Below are positions 56,389-64,000 of a stretch of 64,000 nt of DNA, in pieces. How positions within the stretch are numbered: position 1 is the first letter of the stretch; each line of letters starts with the position of its first letter. The notes under the pieces were generated by a model, which was given only the letters and a program-made list of their open reading frames with translations, made no database searches and was not told the DNA's origin. The DNA is from Minisyncoccota bacterium (lineage in GTDB: Bacteria; Patescibacteriota; Minisyncoccia; Phycocordibacterales; UBA9973): the NCBI GenBank assembly GCA_041662205.1, contig JBAZSZ010000001.1, positions 295,978-359,977 of the forward strand, read 5' to 3'. Made by a program: the position numbers and the translations under genes.

Positions 56389-57711
56389 TTAAGTGAGCTT
56401 GAATACTTTTTCAGCTACCTTATAAGCTTCCCCTGCTCCCATCGTCACAAATATGTCATTTTCACCTAGTTTTAGGCTTCCTATATAGTCCTCAGCAGCT
56501 GTAAAATCTTTAAAAGCAGTAGCTTCTCCCTTATGATTCTTTATAGCAACGGCCAATATCTCACTAGAGACCTCAGGATCAGGATTTTCACGGGCAAAGA
56601 ATATGGGCAAAAGAAAAACATTGTCAGCTTGATCAAAACAAGTCACAAATTCATCAAAAAGAGCTTTAGTTCGGCTGTAAAGATGAGGCTGAAAAAGAAT
56701 TATAATATTCTTCTTCCCCTTAGGATAAAGTTCCCGCAGAGCTTCTAAGCTTGCCCTTACCTCCGTCGGATGATGGGCATAATCATCATAAATGATAGCG
56801 CCTTCTTTAGTTATTCCTTTTTTCTCCAGCCTACGCCAAGTACCTGAAAATTCACTCAATGCTTTCTCGGCGACTTCTTCTTTAATGTTTAGAATATCTG
56901 CCACTGCTAAAGCTGCAGCTGAGTTCATTCGGTTGTGTACTCCAGGCACTGAGAGCTGTGGAACTTTTTCTAAATATTTTCCATAATCTACAATTTTTGC
57001 TCTGTATTTCCCCTTTGAGTCTTTTTTTAATACATGAGAAACTGAAATATCATCAGGATTACAAACTATAAAATTATCTGTCTGCATTGCCATCTCCGAA
57101 AAAGCAGATTCTATGTCTGCTATATCTTTATAATAATCTAGATGATCCGCCTCAATATTAGTAATCACTAAAATTTTTGGTTTTATATTTAAAAAAGATC
57201 TCTCGTACTCACAAGCTTCAACCACAAAAAATTCGCTTTTCCCGACAATTAAATTTGATTTGGATTCCTTTAACAAAGACCCGACAATTACGGATGGATC
57301 TTTCTTTGCTTCAATTAAAACTTTGGCAATCATGGCTGTGGTAGTAGTCTTGCCATGAGTGCCTGAGACTGCAATAGTATATTTGTTGGCCGTTACAATT
57401 CCCAAAGTTTCTGGATAACTTAATATCTGAATATTTGAGCTTTGTAATTTTTTAAAAAATTCTGGATCATATTTAACGATTGAAATTGAATAAACAACCA
57501 AATCAACATCTTCTGGAATTAATTCCATCGCTTGTCCTGATACTATCTTTGCCCCGAGTTTTTGTAGCTCATCAGTTATTCCACTCATTGAAATATCCGA
57601 CCCAGAAACTTCTTTCCCCTCCAAAAGCATCATCCGAGCAATAGCCGAAATGCCTATCCCGCCGATCCCAACAAAGAAAACCTTTTTAATTTTTGATAAA
57701 TCCAGATTCAT
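56389..57711 (-). CDS. murC: UDP-N-acetylmuramate--L-alanine ligase
   Basis: VFFVGIGGIGISAIARMM, VSGTHGKTTTTAMIAKVL. Confidence 0.92.
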   Translation of the reverse strand: MNLDLSKIKKVFFVGIGGIGISAIARMMLLEGKEVSGSDISMSGITDELQKLGAKIVSGQAMELIPEDVDLVVYSISIVKYDPEFFKKLQSSNIQILSYPETLGIVTANKYTIAVSGTHGKTTTTAMIAKVLIEAKKDPSVIVGSLLKESKSNLIVGKSEFFVVEACEYERSFLNIKPKILVITNIEADHLDYYKDIADIESAFSEMAMQTDNFIVCNPDDISVSHVLKKDSKGKYRAKIVDYGKYLEKVPQLSVPGVHNRMNSAAALAVADILNIKEEVAEKALSEFSGTWRRLEKKGITKEGAIIYDDYAHHPTEVRASLEALRELYPKGKKNIIILFQPHLYSRTKALFDEFVTCFDQADNVFLLPIFFARENPDPEVSSEILAVAIKNHKGEATAFKDFTAAEDYIGSLKLGENDIFVTMGAGEAYKVAEKVFKLT

Positions 57712-57757
57712 TATTAAGTTAATATACCATAAACATTAAATATGCTAAACTACAAAA

Positions 57758-58576
57758 ATGAAAAAAGGGATGAGAATTGGTATTTTTGATTCAGGGCTTG
57801 GTGGACTGATAATCGCTCGAGCAATACGAAAAACCATGCCGGAATATGATTATGTTTACTTTGGGGATACAAAGAGACTGCCTTATGGTAACAAATCACA
57901 TGAAGCAGTATATGAATTCACAAAAAACGCCGTAGATTATCTTTTCCGTAAGGAAAATTGTACTATCGTAATAATCGCTTGCAATACAGCTTCTGCTAGA
58001 GCCTTGCGAGAATTGCAACAAAAATACTTACCAAAAAAATTTAAAGACCGGAAAATTCTTGGGGTTTTGATTCCAACCGCTGAAATAGCTTCAAATTATA
58101 AAAAAATTGGTATATTAGCAACCCTTGGCACAGTAGCTTCAAACACTTGGATAAAAGAAATAAAAAAAATAAATAATAAAACAAAAGTTTTTCAAAATCC
58201 TGCACCTATGCTTGCACCACTTGTTGATAATGGAGAAAACATAATGGCAAAACCCTTTCTTTTAAAATACTTAAACCCATTTAAGAATAAAAAATTAGAT
58301 GCTCTTGTTTTAGGTTGTACTCATTATCCAATGTTTAAAAAAGAAATAAGAAAAATTATACCAAAAAAAATAAAAGTAATTTCTCAAGACGAGATAATTC
58401 CTAAAAAATTAAAAGAATATTTAAAAAAACATCCAGAAATTACTCAAAAACTATCCAAAAATAAAACTATGAAAATATTTGTTACTGACCAAACACAAAA
58501 TATTAATATATTTACCAAAAAATGGTTCGGTAAAATAAAAATAAATATTATTTCAGACTCTTCACTATTTTCATAA
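57758..58576 (+). CDS. murI: Glutamate racemase
   Basis: IGIFDSGLGGL, IIACNTAS, LGCTHYP. Confidence 0.9.
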   Translation: MKKGMRIGIFDSGLGGLIIARAIRKTMPEYDYVYFGDTKRLPYGNKSHEAVYEFTKNAVDYLFRKENCTIVIIACNTASARALRELQQKYLPKKFKDRKILGVLIPTAEIASNYKKIGILATLGTVASNTWIKEIKKINNKTKVFQNPAPMLAPLVDNGENIMAKPFLLKYLNPFKNKKLDALVLGCTHYPMFKKEIRKIIPKKIKVISQDEIIPKKLKEYLKKHPEITQKLSKNKTMKIFVTDQTQNINIFTKKWFGKIKINIISDSSLFS

Positions 58577-59918
58577 ATTTATCCCCTCTATCGTATTCAT
58601 TCTTAAAATATTTTCCAAAAGAAGAAAATGCTGGACTGTATAAAATAGTTTCACCCTTTTTTGCGACAGAAAATGCTTTTTTCACTGTATTCCTAAGACC
58701 TTCTTCTTCATAAACATCAATTCCTTTTCCTCTGAATTTAAACACTTTTGCGCGAATCAGGTCTGTGCCTTTTTCTTTAAATAAAATAACTTTAGAGCAA
58801 AATTGGGGAATCTCTTTTAGAAGTTTAGACATATCTAAGAATTTTTTATCACCTCCAATTATCAGAACTGTATTGCGTTTCTTCGTATTCCCTACTGCCT
58901 GCAACGCTGCGATAGTAGCCTCTGGAGTTGTCGAGCTATTATCATTATAAATTTTTACACCATTTAGCTTGCGCAAAAATTCAAGTCTGCCTGATAGTGG
59001 AGAGAAGGTTGCTAGAGCTTTTTTAATTTTAAGATCTGGTATAGATAATGATCTCGCAACTTCTATTGCCAGTCCTGCATTATATTCATTATGGACCCCT
59101 GGTAAATTAAATTTCCAATCTTTTGACAATCTTTCAGGGGAAACAACTATTCTACTTTTTATCTTTTCTTTATTTTCCTTTTGCCATTTTTTAATAAATG
59201 GATATGCTTGCTTGCCAACAATCAATACAGCCTCTTTTTTTTGATATTTAAAAATATTAGCCTTATCTGAAAAATATTTCTTCATATCTCCCTTATAATA
59301 ATTCATATGATCCCCAAACAAATTGGTGAAAACAGAAATATTTGGTGAAATCTTACTATTACCAAATCCTTGGAGTTGCCATGAATCTAATTCCAAGACT
59401 GCTATCTCCGCATTTTTTACTTGTTTTAATAGCTGAAGATTAGAAATGCCACGCACATTCCCTCCTAAAATTATTTTCTTATCAGCAGACTTTAAAATAT
59501 GCTCAACGAGATGCGTAACAGTAGACTTACCTCGAGTTCCAGTAATAGCAATAATAGGCAAATCTGCCAGTTTAACGAAAAGTGATGCACTCATTTCCAC
59601 AGAAACATTATTTCTTTTTGCTTCTTTTATATAGATTGAATCAAGGGGCACTCCCGCAGCTTTTAAAACAAAATCACGATTTTGAAAATCTTCTAGCTTA
59701 TGTCTACCTAAGACATATTTTATGTTTTTAAATTTTTTTAATTTATTTAAAGATTCTTTTAATTGTTCTTTTTTCTTTAAATCTGTAACAGTTAATTTTG
59801 CTCCACATTCTGCTAAAAACATAACATCTCCAACTCCTCGCCCGAGCAAACCTAAACCCATGACAGTTATCTTTTTATCTTTAAAAAATTCTTTATAATC
59901 TATACTTTTATTTTGCAT
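58548..59918 (-). CDS. murD: UDP-N-acetylmuramoylalanine--D-glutamate ligase
   Basis: ITVMGLGLLGRG, IIAITGTRGKSTVTHLVEHIL. Confidence 0.9.
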   Translation of the reverse strand: MQNKSIDYKEFFKDKKITVMGLGLLGRGVGDVMFLAECGAKLTVTDLKKKEQLKESLNKLKKFKNIKYVLGRHKLEDFQNRDFVLKAAGVPLDSIYIKEAKRNNVSVEMSASLFVKLADLPIIAITGTRGKSTVTHLVEHILKSADKKIILGGNVRGISNLQLLKQVKNAEIAVLELDSWQLQGFGNSKISPNISVFTNLFGDHMNYYKGDMKKYFSDKANIFKYQKKEAVLIVGKQAYPFIKKWQKENKEKIKSRIVVSPERLSKDWKFNLPGVHNEYNAGLAIEVARSLSIPDLKIKKALATFSPLSGRLEFLRKLNGVKIYNDNSSTTPEATIAALQAVGNTKKRNTVLIIGGDKKFLDMSKLLKEIPQFCSKVILFKEKGTDLIRAKVFKFRGKGIDVYEEEGLRNTVKKAFSVAKKGETILYSPAFSSFGKYFKNEYDRGDKFMKIVKSLK

Positions 59919-61185
59919 AAGATTTTCTGAATTCTTCTATATCACTAAAATGATGCTTCACACCTTTTATTTCTTGATAGTCTTCGTGTCCTTTGCCAGC
60001 GCAAAGGATGATGTCTCCTTTTTGCGCTATCTTAACTGCCTCCATTATTGCTTCATGACGATTGGTAATAGTTTTTACTTTTTTCAACATTTCGTCAGAT
60101 AAGCTTTCTTTCATTTGATCAATAATTTTATCAGGGTCTTCGCTTCTAGGGTTATCAGAGGTGAAGATCGTAATATCAGAATTATTTACACCGATTTCCC
60201 CCATCAAAGGGCGCTTGAGTGGATCTCTATCACCACCACAACCAAATACAGAAATTATCTTGCCCGCCTTTGGCTGGTTTACTTCATTCTCACCAGAGGC
60301 GAGCAAGTCTTTTATTGCCATTAATATTTTCTCTAAGGCATCTGGTGTATGCGCATAATCTACAATCACCAGCACGCTACTTTTAGACAGAAAATGTTCG
60401 AAACGTCCACGAGGAGGCTCAATATTTTCTAAAATCTTTTTAACTATATCCATATCAAAACCCAAGAGCTCACAAGCGCTCCAAACCGCAAGCAAATTAT
60501 AAGCATTAAACTTACCTAGAAGTTTTGAGCTTACTTCTATCCCATTAAAATTTAGAACTAAACCAGAAAAACCAAGCTTAGTAATCTCGCCATGAAAATC
60601 CTCTCCGCCATTGAATCCATAAGACACTCTTCCTGTTTTAATTTCTTCTAGCATTTTCTCTCCATATTCATCATCTGTATTAGAAAGAGCAAAAGCATGT
60701 TGTGGAAGCATTTTTAAAAATTTCTTTTTTGCCCCAAAATAATTCTCAAAATTTTTATGATAATCCAAATGATCATGCGTCAAATTAGTAAAAATACCTC
60801 CAGCAAAACTTATTCCTGCCACCCGATTTTGATCTAGTGCATGTGAGCTCACTTCCATAAAAACATATTCACAGCCTTTCTCTGCCATTTCATTTAATAA
60901 TTTATACAGATTTACAGGATCAGGGGTTGTGCCCGGAATTGGTCTACCTTCTTTAGTCAAAACAATTTCTCCATTGATTATATTTTCTACAGTACTGATC
61001 AGTCCTGCTTTATAACCAAGGCCTATTGTGATTTTATAAAGAAGCGTTGCTGTCGTCGTCTTTCCATTTGTCCCCGTTACCCCGACAATCTTTATTTTTT
61101 TTGAAGGATTACCATAAAAATGCATCCCTGCCAACAATGCAATCCCTCGTCTCTTTAATTTTAAATTTTTAATTATTCTTTGCAT
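59908..61185 (-). CDS. murE: UDP-N-acetylmuramoyl-tripeptide synthetase (DAP-adding, DNPR motif), N-terminally short
   Basis: IVGVTGTNGKTTTATLL, DNPRSEDP. Confidence 0.88.
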   Translation of the reverse strand: MQRIIKNLKLKRRGIALLAGMHFYGNPSKKIKIVGVTGTNGKTTTATLLYKITIGLGYKAGLISTVENIINGEIVLTKEGRPIPGTTPDPVNLYKLLNEMAEKGCEYVFMEVSSHALDQNRVAGISFAGGIFTNLTHDHLDYHKNFENYFGAKKKFLKMLPQHAFALSNTDDEYGEKMLEEIKTGRVSYGFNGGEDFHGEITKLGFSGLVLNFNGIEVSSKLLGKFNAYNLLAVWSACELLGFDMDIVKKILENIEPPRGRFEHFLSKSSVLVIVDYAHTPDALEKILMAIKDLLASGENEVNQPKAGKIISVFGCGGDRDPLKRPLMGEIGVNNSDITIFTSDNPRSEDPDKIIDQMKESLSDEMLKKVKTITNRHEAIMEAVKIAQKGDIILCAGKGHEDYQEIKGVKHHFSDIEEFRKSYAK

Positions 61186-61417
61186 TTGGTTTTACTAAAA
61201 TTTCTTCTTCTACTTTTTTAAATCGTTCAATTTCTTTACCGTCCAAGACAATATTTTCTAAAAACATATGCTTTGGCCTAGCCCAAATACCACCATCTTC
61301 TAAGTGCATATAAATAACCACGTGTTCTAGTGTTTCACTATCTTTCGCCTCAAAAAGAACTCTCACCTTAGTTCCTTTATAATGTTTATAAATTCCTCCA
61401 ATTTCTAAACTTTTCAT
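61169..61417 (-). CDS. DUF1653-like small protein
   Basis: GGIYKHYKGTKVRVLFEAKDSETLEHVVIYMHLEDGGIWARPKHMF. Confidence 0.6.
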   Translation of the reverse strand: MKSLEIGGIYKHYKGTKVRVLFEAKDSETLEHVVIYMHLEDGGIWARPKHMFLENIVLDGKEIERFKKVEEEILVKPNAKNN

Positions 61418-61525
61418 AACTATTATATAATATCCCTAAAATTAATTTATTACAAAAGTAGACGACCGCATTATTTTATAGCACATATGTAAAAAATTCA
61501 TAATCAAAAAAAACCTAATATATAA

Positions 61526-62071
61526 TTACGTCAAATTGAAATGTTTTCGTAGGTTTTCATCATAATCTAATTTTTCCACTACCATATATCTTATATTTTT
61601 ACCAAAAGCCAAATCAGTTTTCAAAAGTTCAATGAATTCTGCACAATTGTAAGGATAAATCCAGACACTGCGTTGAAGCTGGATAAAACCAAAATCTTTT
61701 ATTTCCATTCGCAAAAGATTTCTTTTAGACCTGGCATTTTCCCAAACATCAAAAATAACCACTCTCCACTTGCCATCCCACTTAACATCTTTCTTTTTTT
61801 CTTTAATCTGATAATAAATAAGTCTTCTCTTCCCCTTCTCAGTCAAGGATAAAAATTGTTTTCCATTTTCAATTTCTATTTTAAGAAAACCGTCTTTTAC
61901 TAATTTTCTCGCCTTTTGGTTTAAATAATATTTTAGGTTATATTTTTTCTTTTGCTTTAAAAAGGGTTTTAAAATTTGTAAAGCATTAGGCGCAAGTACG
62001 GCTATAGCCAAAATACCAGTAGTGGCAACCGTCATTAAAATAACTCTTTTAAAATCAATCTTGTTTTTCAT
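61526..62071 (-). CDS. PaaX_C/Cas2-fold domain protein with N-terminal TM anchor (paralog of 15444-15950)
   Basis: WDGKWRVVIFDVWENARSKRNLLRMEIKDFGFIQLQRSVWIYP; N-terminal VILMTVATTGILAIAVLAPNAL. Confidence 0.55.
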   Translation of the reverse strand: MKNKIDFKRVILMTVATTGILAIAVLAPNALQILKPFLKQKKKYNLKYYLNQKARKLVKDGFLKIEIENGKQFLSLTEKGKRRLIYYQIKEKKKDVKWDGKWRVVIFDVWENARSKRNLLRMEIKDFGFIQLQRSVWIYPYNCAEFIELLKTDLAFGKNIRYMVVEKLDYDENLRKHFNLT

Positions 62072-62115
62072 AATTTTATTATACTATAAAACAAGACGAC
62101 CGCATCTTTTTACAA

Positions 62116-62520
62116 CTAAGTTTTTAATATTATTTTTCTATGAGCTTCCTCCGCTTTTTCTTTGCTAATATTGAATTTTTGCAAATGGTTTACTACCTTA
62201 TGAACCTTTTTACAATTTCCACAAAAATTAGAAACATTTTTAGGCAAACCAACAGATAAATAAATCTCGCCCCAGACTGGTTTTCTATTAATAAATTTTG
62301 CTACAGAATTTTTTGTTATTCTCCAAATCTTTCCGTTTATTCCAAAACGCCAATACAACCAAAGCTGTAAAAAATGCAATACATCCTCAAATTCCTCCTG
62401 AATTCCTTTTTTATTTAATTTTATAATTTCTACAACTAGTTCTCTAACCTCTCCAAGAAGTTCTCTAAACGTGATTCTCTCACCATTAGAATATTCTTTT
62501 ACATATTCGCTGATTTTCAT
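62116..62520 (-). CDS. Hypothetical protein
   Basis: 134 aa ORF in gene-dense context. Confidence 0.35.
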   Translation of the reverse strand: MKISEYVKEYSNGERITFRELLGEVRELVVEIIKLNKKGIQEEFEDVLHFLQLWLYWRFGINGKIWRITKNSVAKFINRKPVWGEIYLSVGLPKNVSNFCGNCKKVHKVVNHLQKFNISKEKAEEAHRKIILKT

Positions 62521-62535
62521 TTAATTTTTTTGAAT

Positions 62536-62847
62536 TCAATTCTTTATATCTTCCCTTGGAAGAATTATGTAATTTTTATTTATATATAAAAGATCACTCA
62601 TAACTTTACGAATAGAGGTAAGTTGTAATTCTCGCATTTCAGGAGTTACATTTTCATTTTTTATAGTTTCTTCAAAAAAACGTAAAATACTTGTGAGAGT
62701 TGTCGTATAATCTCCAGCCTCTAAATGAAAAACTAGACTCTTATGATCAGAGGCTTGCTCTAATTCTAGACAATATACGTTTTTTGAACCATCTTTTGTA
62801 AGTAAGTATTCAGAAATATTTACGTTGTATGATGAATCAGAAGACAT
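62536..62847 (-). CDS. Hypothetical protein downstream of secA
   Basis: 103 aa ORF, start 10 nt after secA stop. Confidence 0.35.
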   Translation of the reverse strand: MSSDSSYNVNISEYLLTKDGSKNVYCLELEQASDHKSLVFHLEAGDYTTTLTSILRFFEETIKNENVTPEMRELQLTSIRKVMSDLLYINKNYIILPREDIKN

Positions 62848-62856
62848 AAAGTTATT

Positions 62857-64000
62857 TTAATTTACTAATGACTTTCGATGTTGAGGCGCATTAATCATTC
62901 CACACTTTTTCCATTTATAGCATTCACCCGTGGCTGGATTGATAGCCCCACAAGGACATGGGTCATTTCTACCGACTTCTGCACCATTTACAGACAAATC
63001 TTTTTCCCCTCCAATTTCGCTTGGTTCTTCATGACTTGTAATTAAGGTCTGTTTCGGTGAATTATCCTCTACTTTTACATTCACAACATTTTCGGTATTT
63101 ATTGTACTAATAAGTGAAAAAACCTGCTCCTTAAAAGCTTCCTCCATTTCTTTAAACATTGCAAGTCCATCTTTTTTATATTCCACTATCGGTTCCCGCT
63201 GACCATAAGCTCGCAAATTTACCGATGAACGCAAATAATCCATCGCTTCTAAATGTTCCATCCAGAGCATATCATTTGCATAAAAAGCAATTCTTCTGAC
63301 GGTTTCAAAAAAAGCTTCATCACCTAACTTTCTTCTTTTTTCCTCTAAAACCTTATCAAAGCCTTCTCTGGTCGCTGATATATTATTAAGTAAAACTTCA
63401 ATTTCTGTTTTGTCTGCTCGCAACATTTTTTGTCTCCTTTCGTAGATTATCTTGCGTTGATGATTCATCACGTCATCATATTCAAGAGTATTTTTTCTAG
63501 CATCAAAATGAAAACCCTCAATTTTGGCTTGGGCCCCTTCTAAGGTTTTACTGATAAAACGATTTTCTATCGGTTGATCCTCTGATATACCAAAACGCCC
63601 CATCATTGTTTTGATTTTTTCTGAACCAAACACTCGCATTAGATCATCATCTAAGGAAACATAAAACTGGGTAGCGCCGGGATCACCTTGCCTACCAGCG
63701 CGCCCCCTTAACTGATTATCAATTCTTCTTGCTTCGTGTCTCTCTGTGCCTAAAACAAAAAGCCCACCTACACTTTTTACATAGTCGTATTCTTCTTTTA
63801 TTAAAGGATTACCTCCGAGTTTAATATCTATTCCGCGTCCAGCCATATTTGTAGCGATAGTCACTGCACCTCGGCGACCCGCCTGCGCAATTATTTCACC
63901 CTCCTTCTCATGATTCTTTGCATTTAAGATAGTATGCTGTACTCCTTCTTGCTTGAGATACACAGAGAGAAGTTCATTTTTTTCAATAGAAATAGTACCA
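62857..64000 (-). CDS. secA: Preprotein translocase SecA, C-terminal part (5' end beyond window; ORF-track start is an internal GTG)
   Basis: VTIATNMAGRGIDI, RIDNQLRGRAGRQGDPG, C-terminal Zn-binding CPCG..C; frame stays open to position 64000 (..ILNAKNHEKEGEIIAQAG). Confidence 0.9.
   Translation of the reverse strand, partial: GTISIEKNELLSVYLKQEGVQHTILNAKNHEKEGEIIAQAGRRGAVTIATNMAGRGIDIKLGGNPLIKEEYDYVKSVGGLFVLGTERHEARRIDNQLRGRAGRQGDPGATQFYVSLDDDLMRVFGSEKIKTMMGRFGISEDQPIENRFISKTLEGAQAKIEGFHFDARKNTLEYDDVMNHQRKIIYERRQKMLRADKTEIEVLLNNISATREGFDKVLEEKRRKLGDEAFFETVRRIAFYANDMLWMEHLEAMDYLRSSVNLRAYGQREPIVEYKKDGLAMFKEMEEAFKEQVFSLISTINTENVVNVKVEDNSPKQTLITSHEEPSEIGGEKDLSVNGAEVGRNDPCPCGAINPATGECYKWKKCGMINAPQHRKSLVN

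Noticed and set aside
1-64000. CRISPR arrays, integrases/transposases, rRNA genes
   Set aside because: No regularly spaced direct repeats, no recombinase or transposase motifs, and no rRNA-like GC-rich long non-coding stretches were seen.

Overview
This window is an AT-rich (~30% GC) bacterial chromosome segment. The gene content looks like a reduced-genome Candidate Phyla Radiation / Patescibacteria-type organism: AlaRS, IF-2 and MurE are shortened, many genes lack an obvious Shine-Dalgarno, and adjacent genes are tightly coupled. The housekeeping backbone comprises: recR (partial), rplU, an AI-2E permease, cysS; an r-protein/rpoA block (infA-rpmJ-rpsM-rpsK-rpsD-rpoA-rplQ, then rplM-rpsI); alaS, an MgtC-family protein, mnmA, a DEDDh exonuclease, mltG, typA, clpB, an IscS-like desulfurase, infB-rbfA; five tRNAs (Tyr; Cys, Leu-TAG, Lys-CTT, Leu-TAA); gyrA, an S1 protein, murC/murI/murD/murE and secA (partial). 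Most striking is the chaperone locus at roughly 3.3-20 kb. grpE, dnaK and dnaJ all lie on the minus strand but are pulled apart by inserted genes: two paralogous TM-less TraD/VirD4-like (type IV coupling protein family) P-loop ATPases, four paralogous ~560-580 aa Cys-rich multi-zinc-ribbon proteins of unknown function, a secreted low-complexity protein, and a divergently transcribed PaaX-like regulator. Start/stop overlaps and 1-nt gaps tie grpE to Cys-rich D and C, ATPase-2 to Cys-rich B and A, and ATPase-1 to dnaJ and a membrane protein. I regard this as a candidate undescribed ATPase + zinc-ribbon protein system integrated into the Hsp70 locus. Second, at 46.7-49.0 kb there is a tandem array of five VirB2/TrbC-like (two-TM) T4SS pilin paralogs, preceded by a 46-bp perfect palindrome that overlaps the RBS of the first gene. 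Other points of interest: an in-frame 48-bp repeat inserted twice in mnmA, a small family of GC-rich palindromes (TGCCCCG...CGGGGCA), a catalytically dead HtrA-like pseudo-protease, a sigma-r4 + HARE-HTH protein, and two leader regions with intrinsic terminators abutting start codons.
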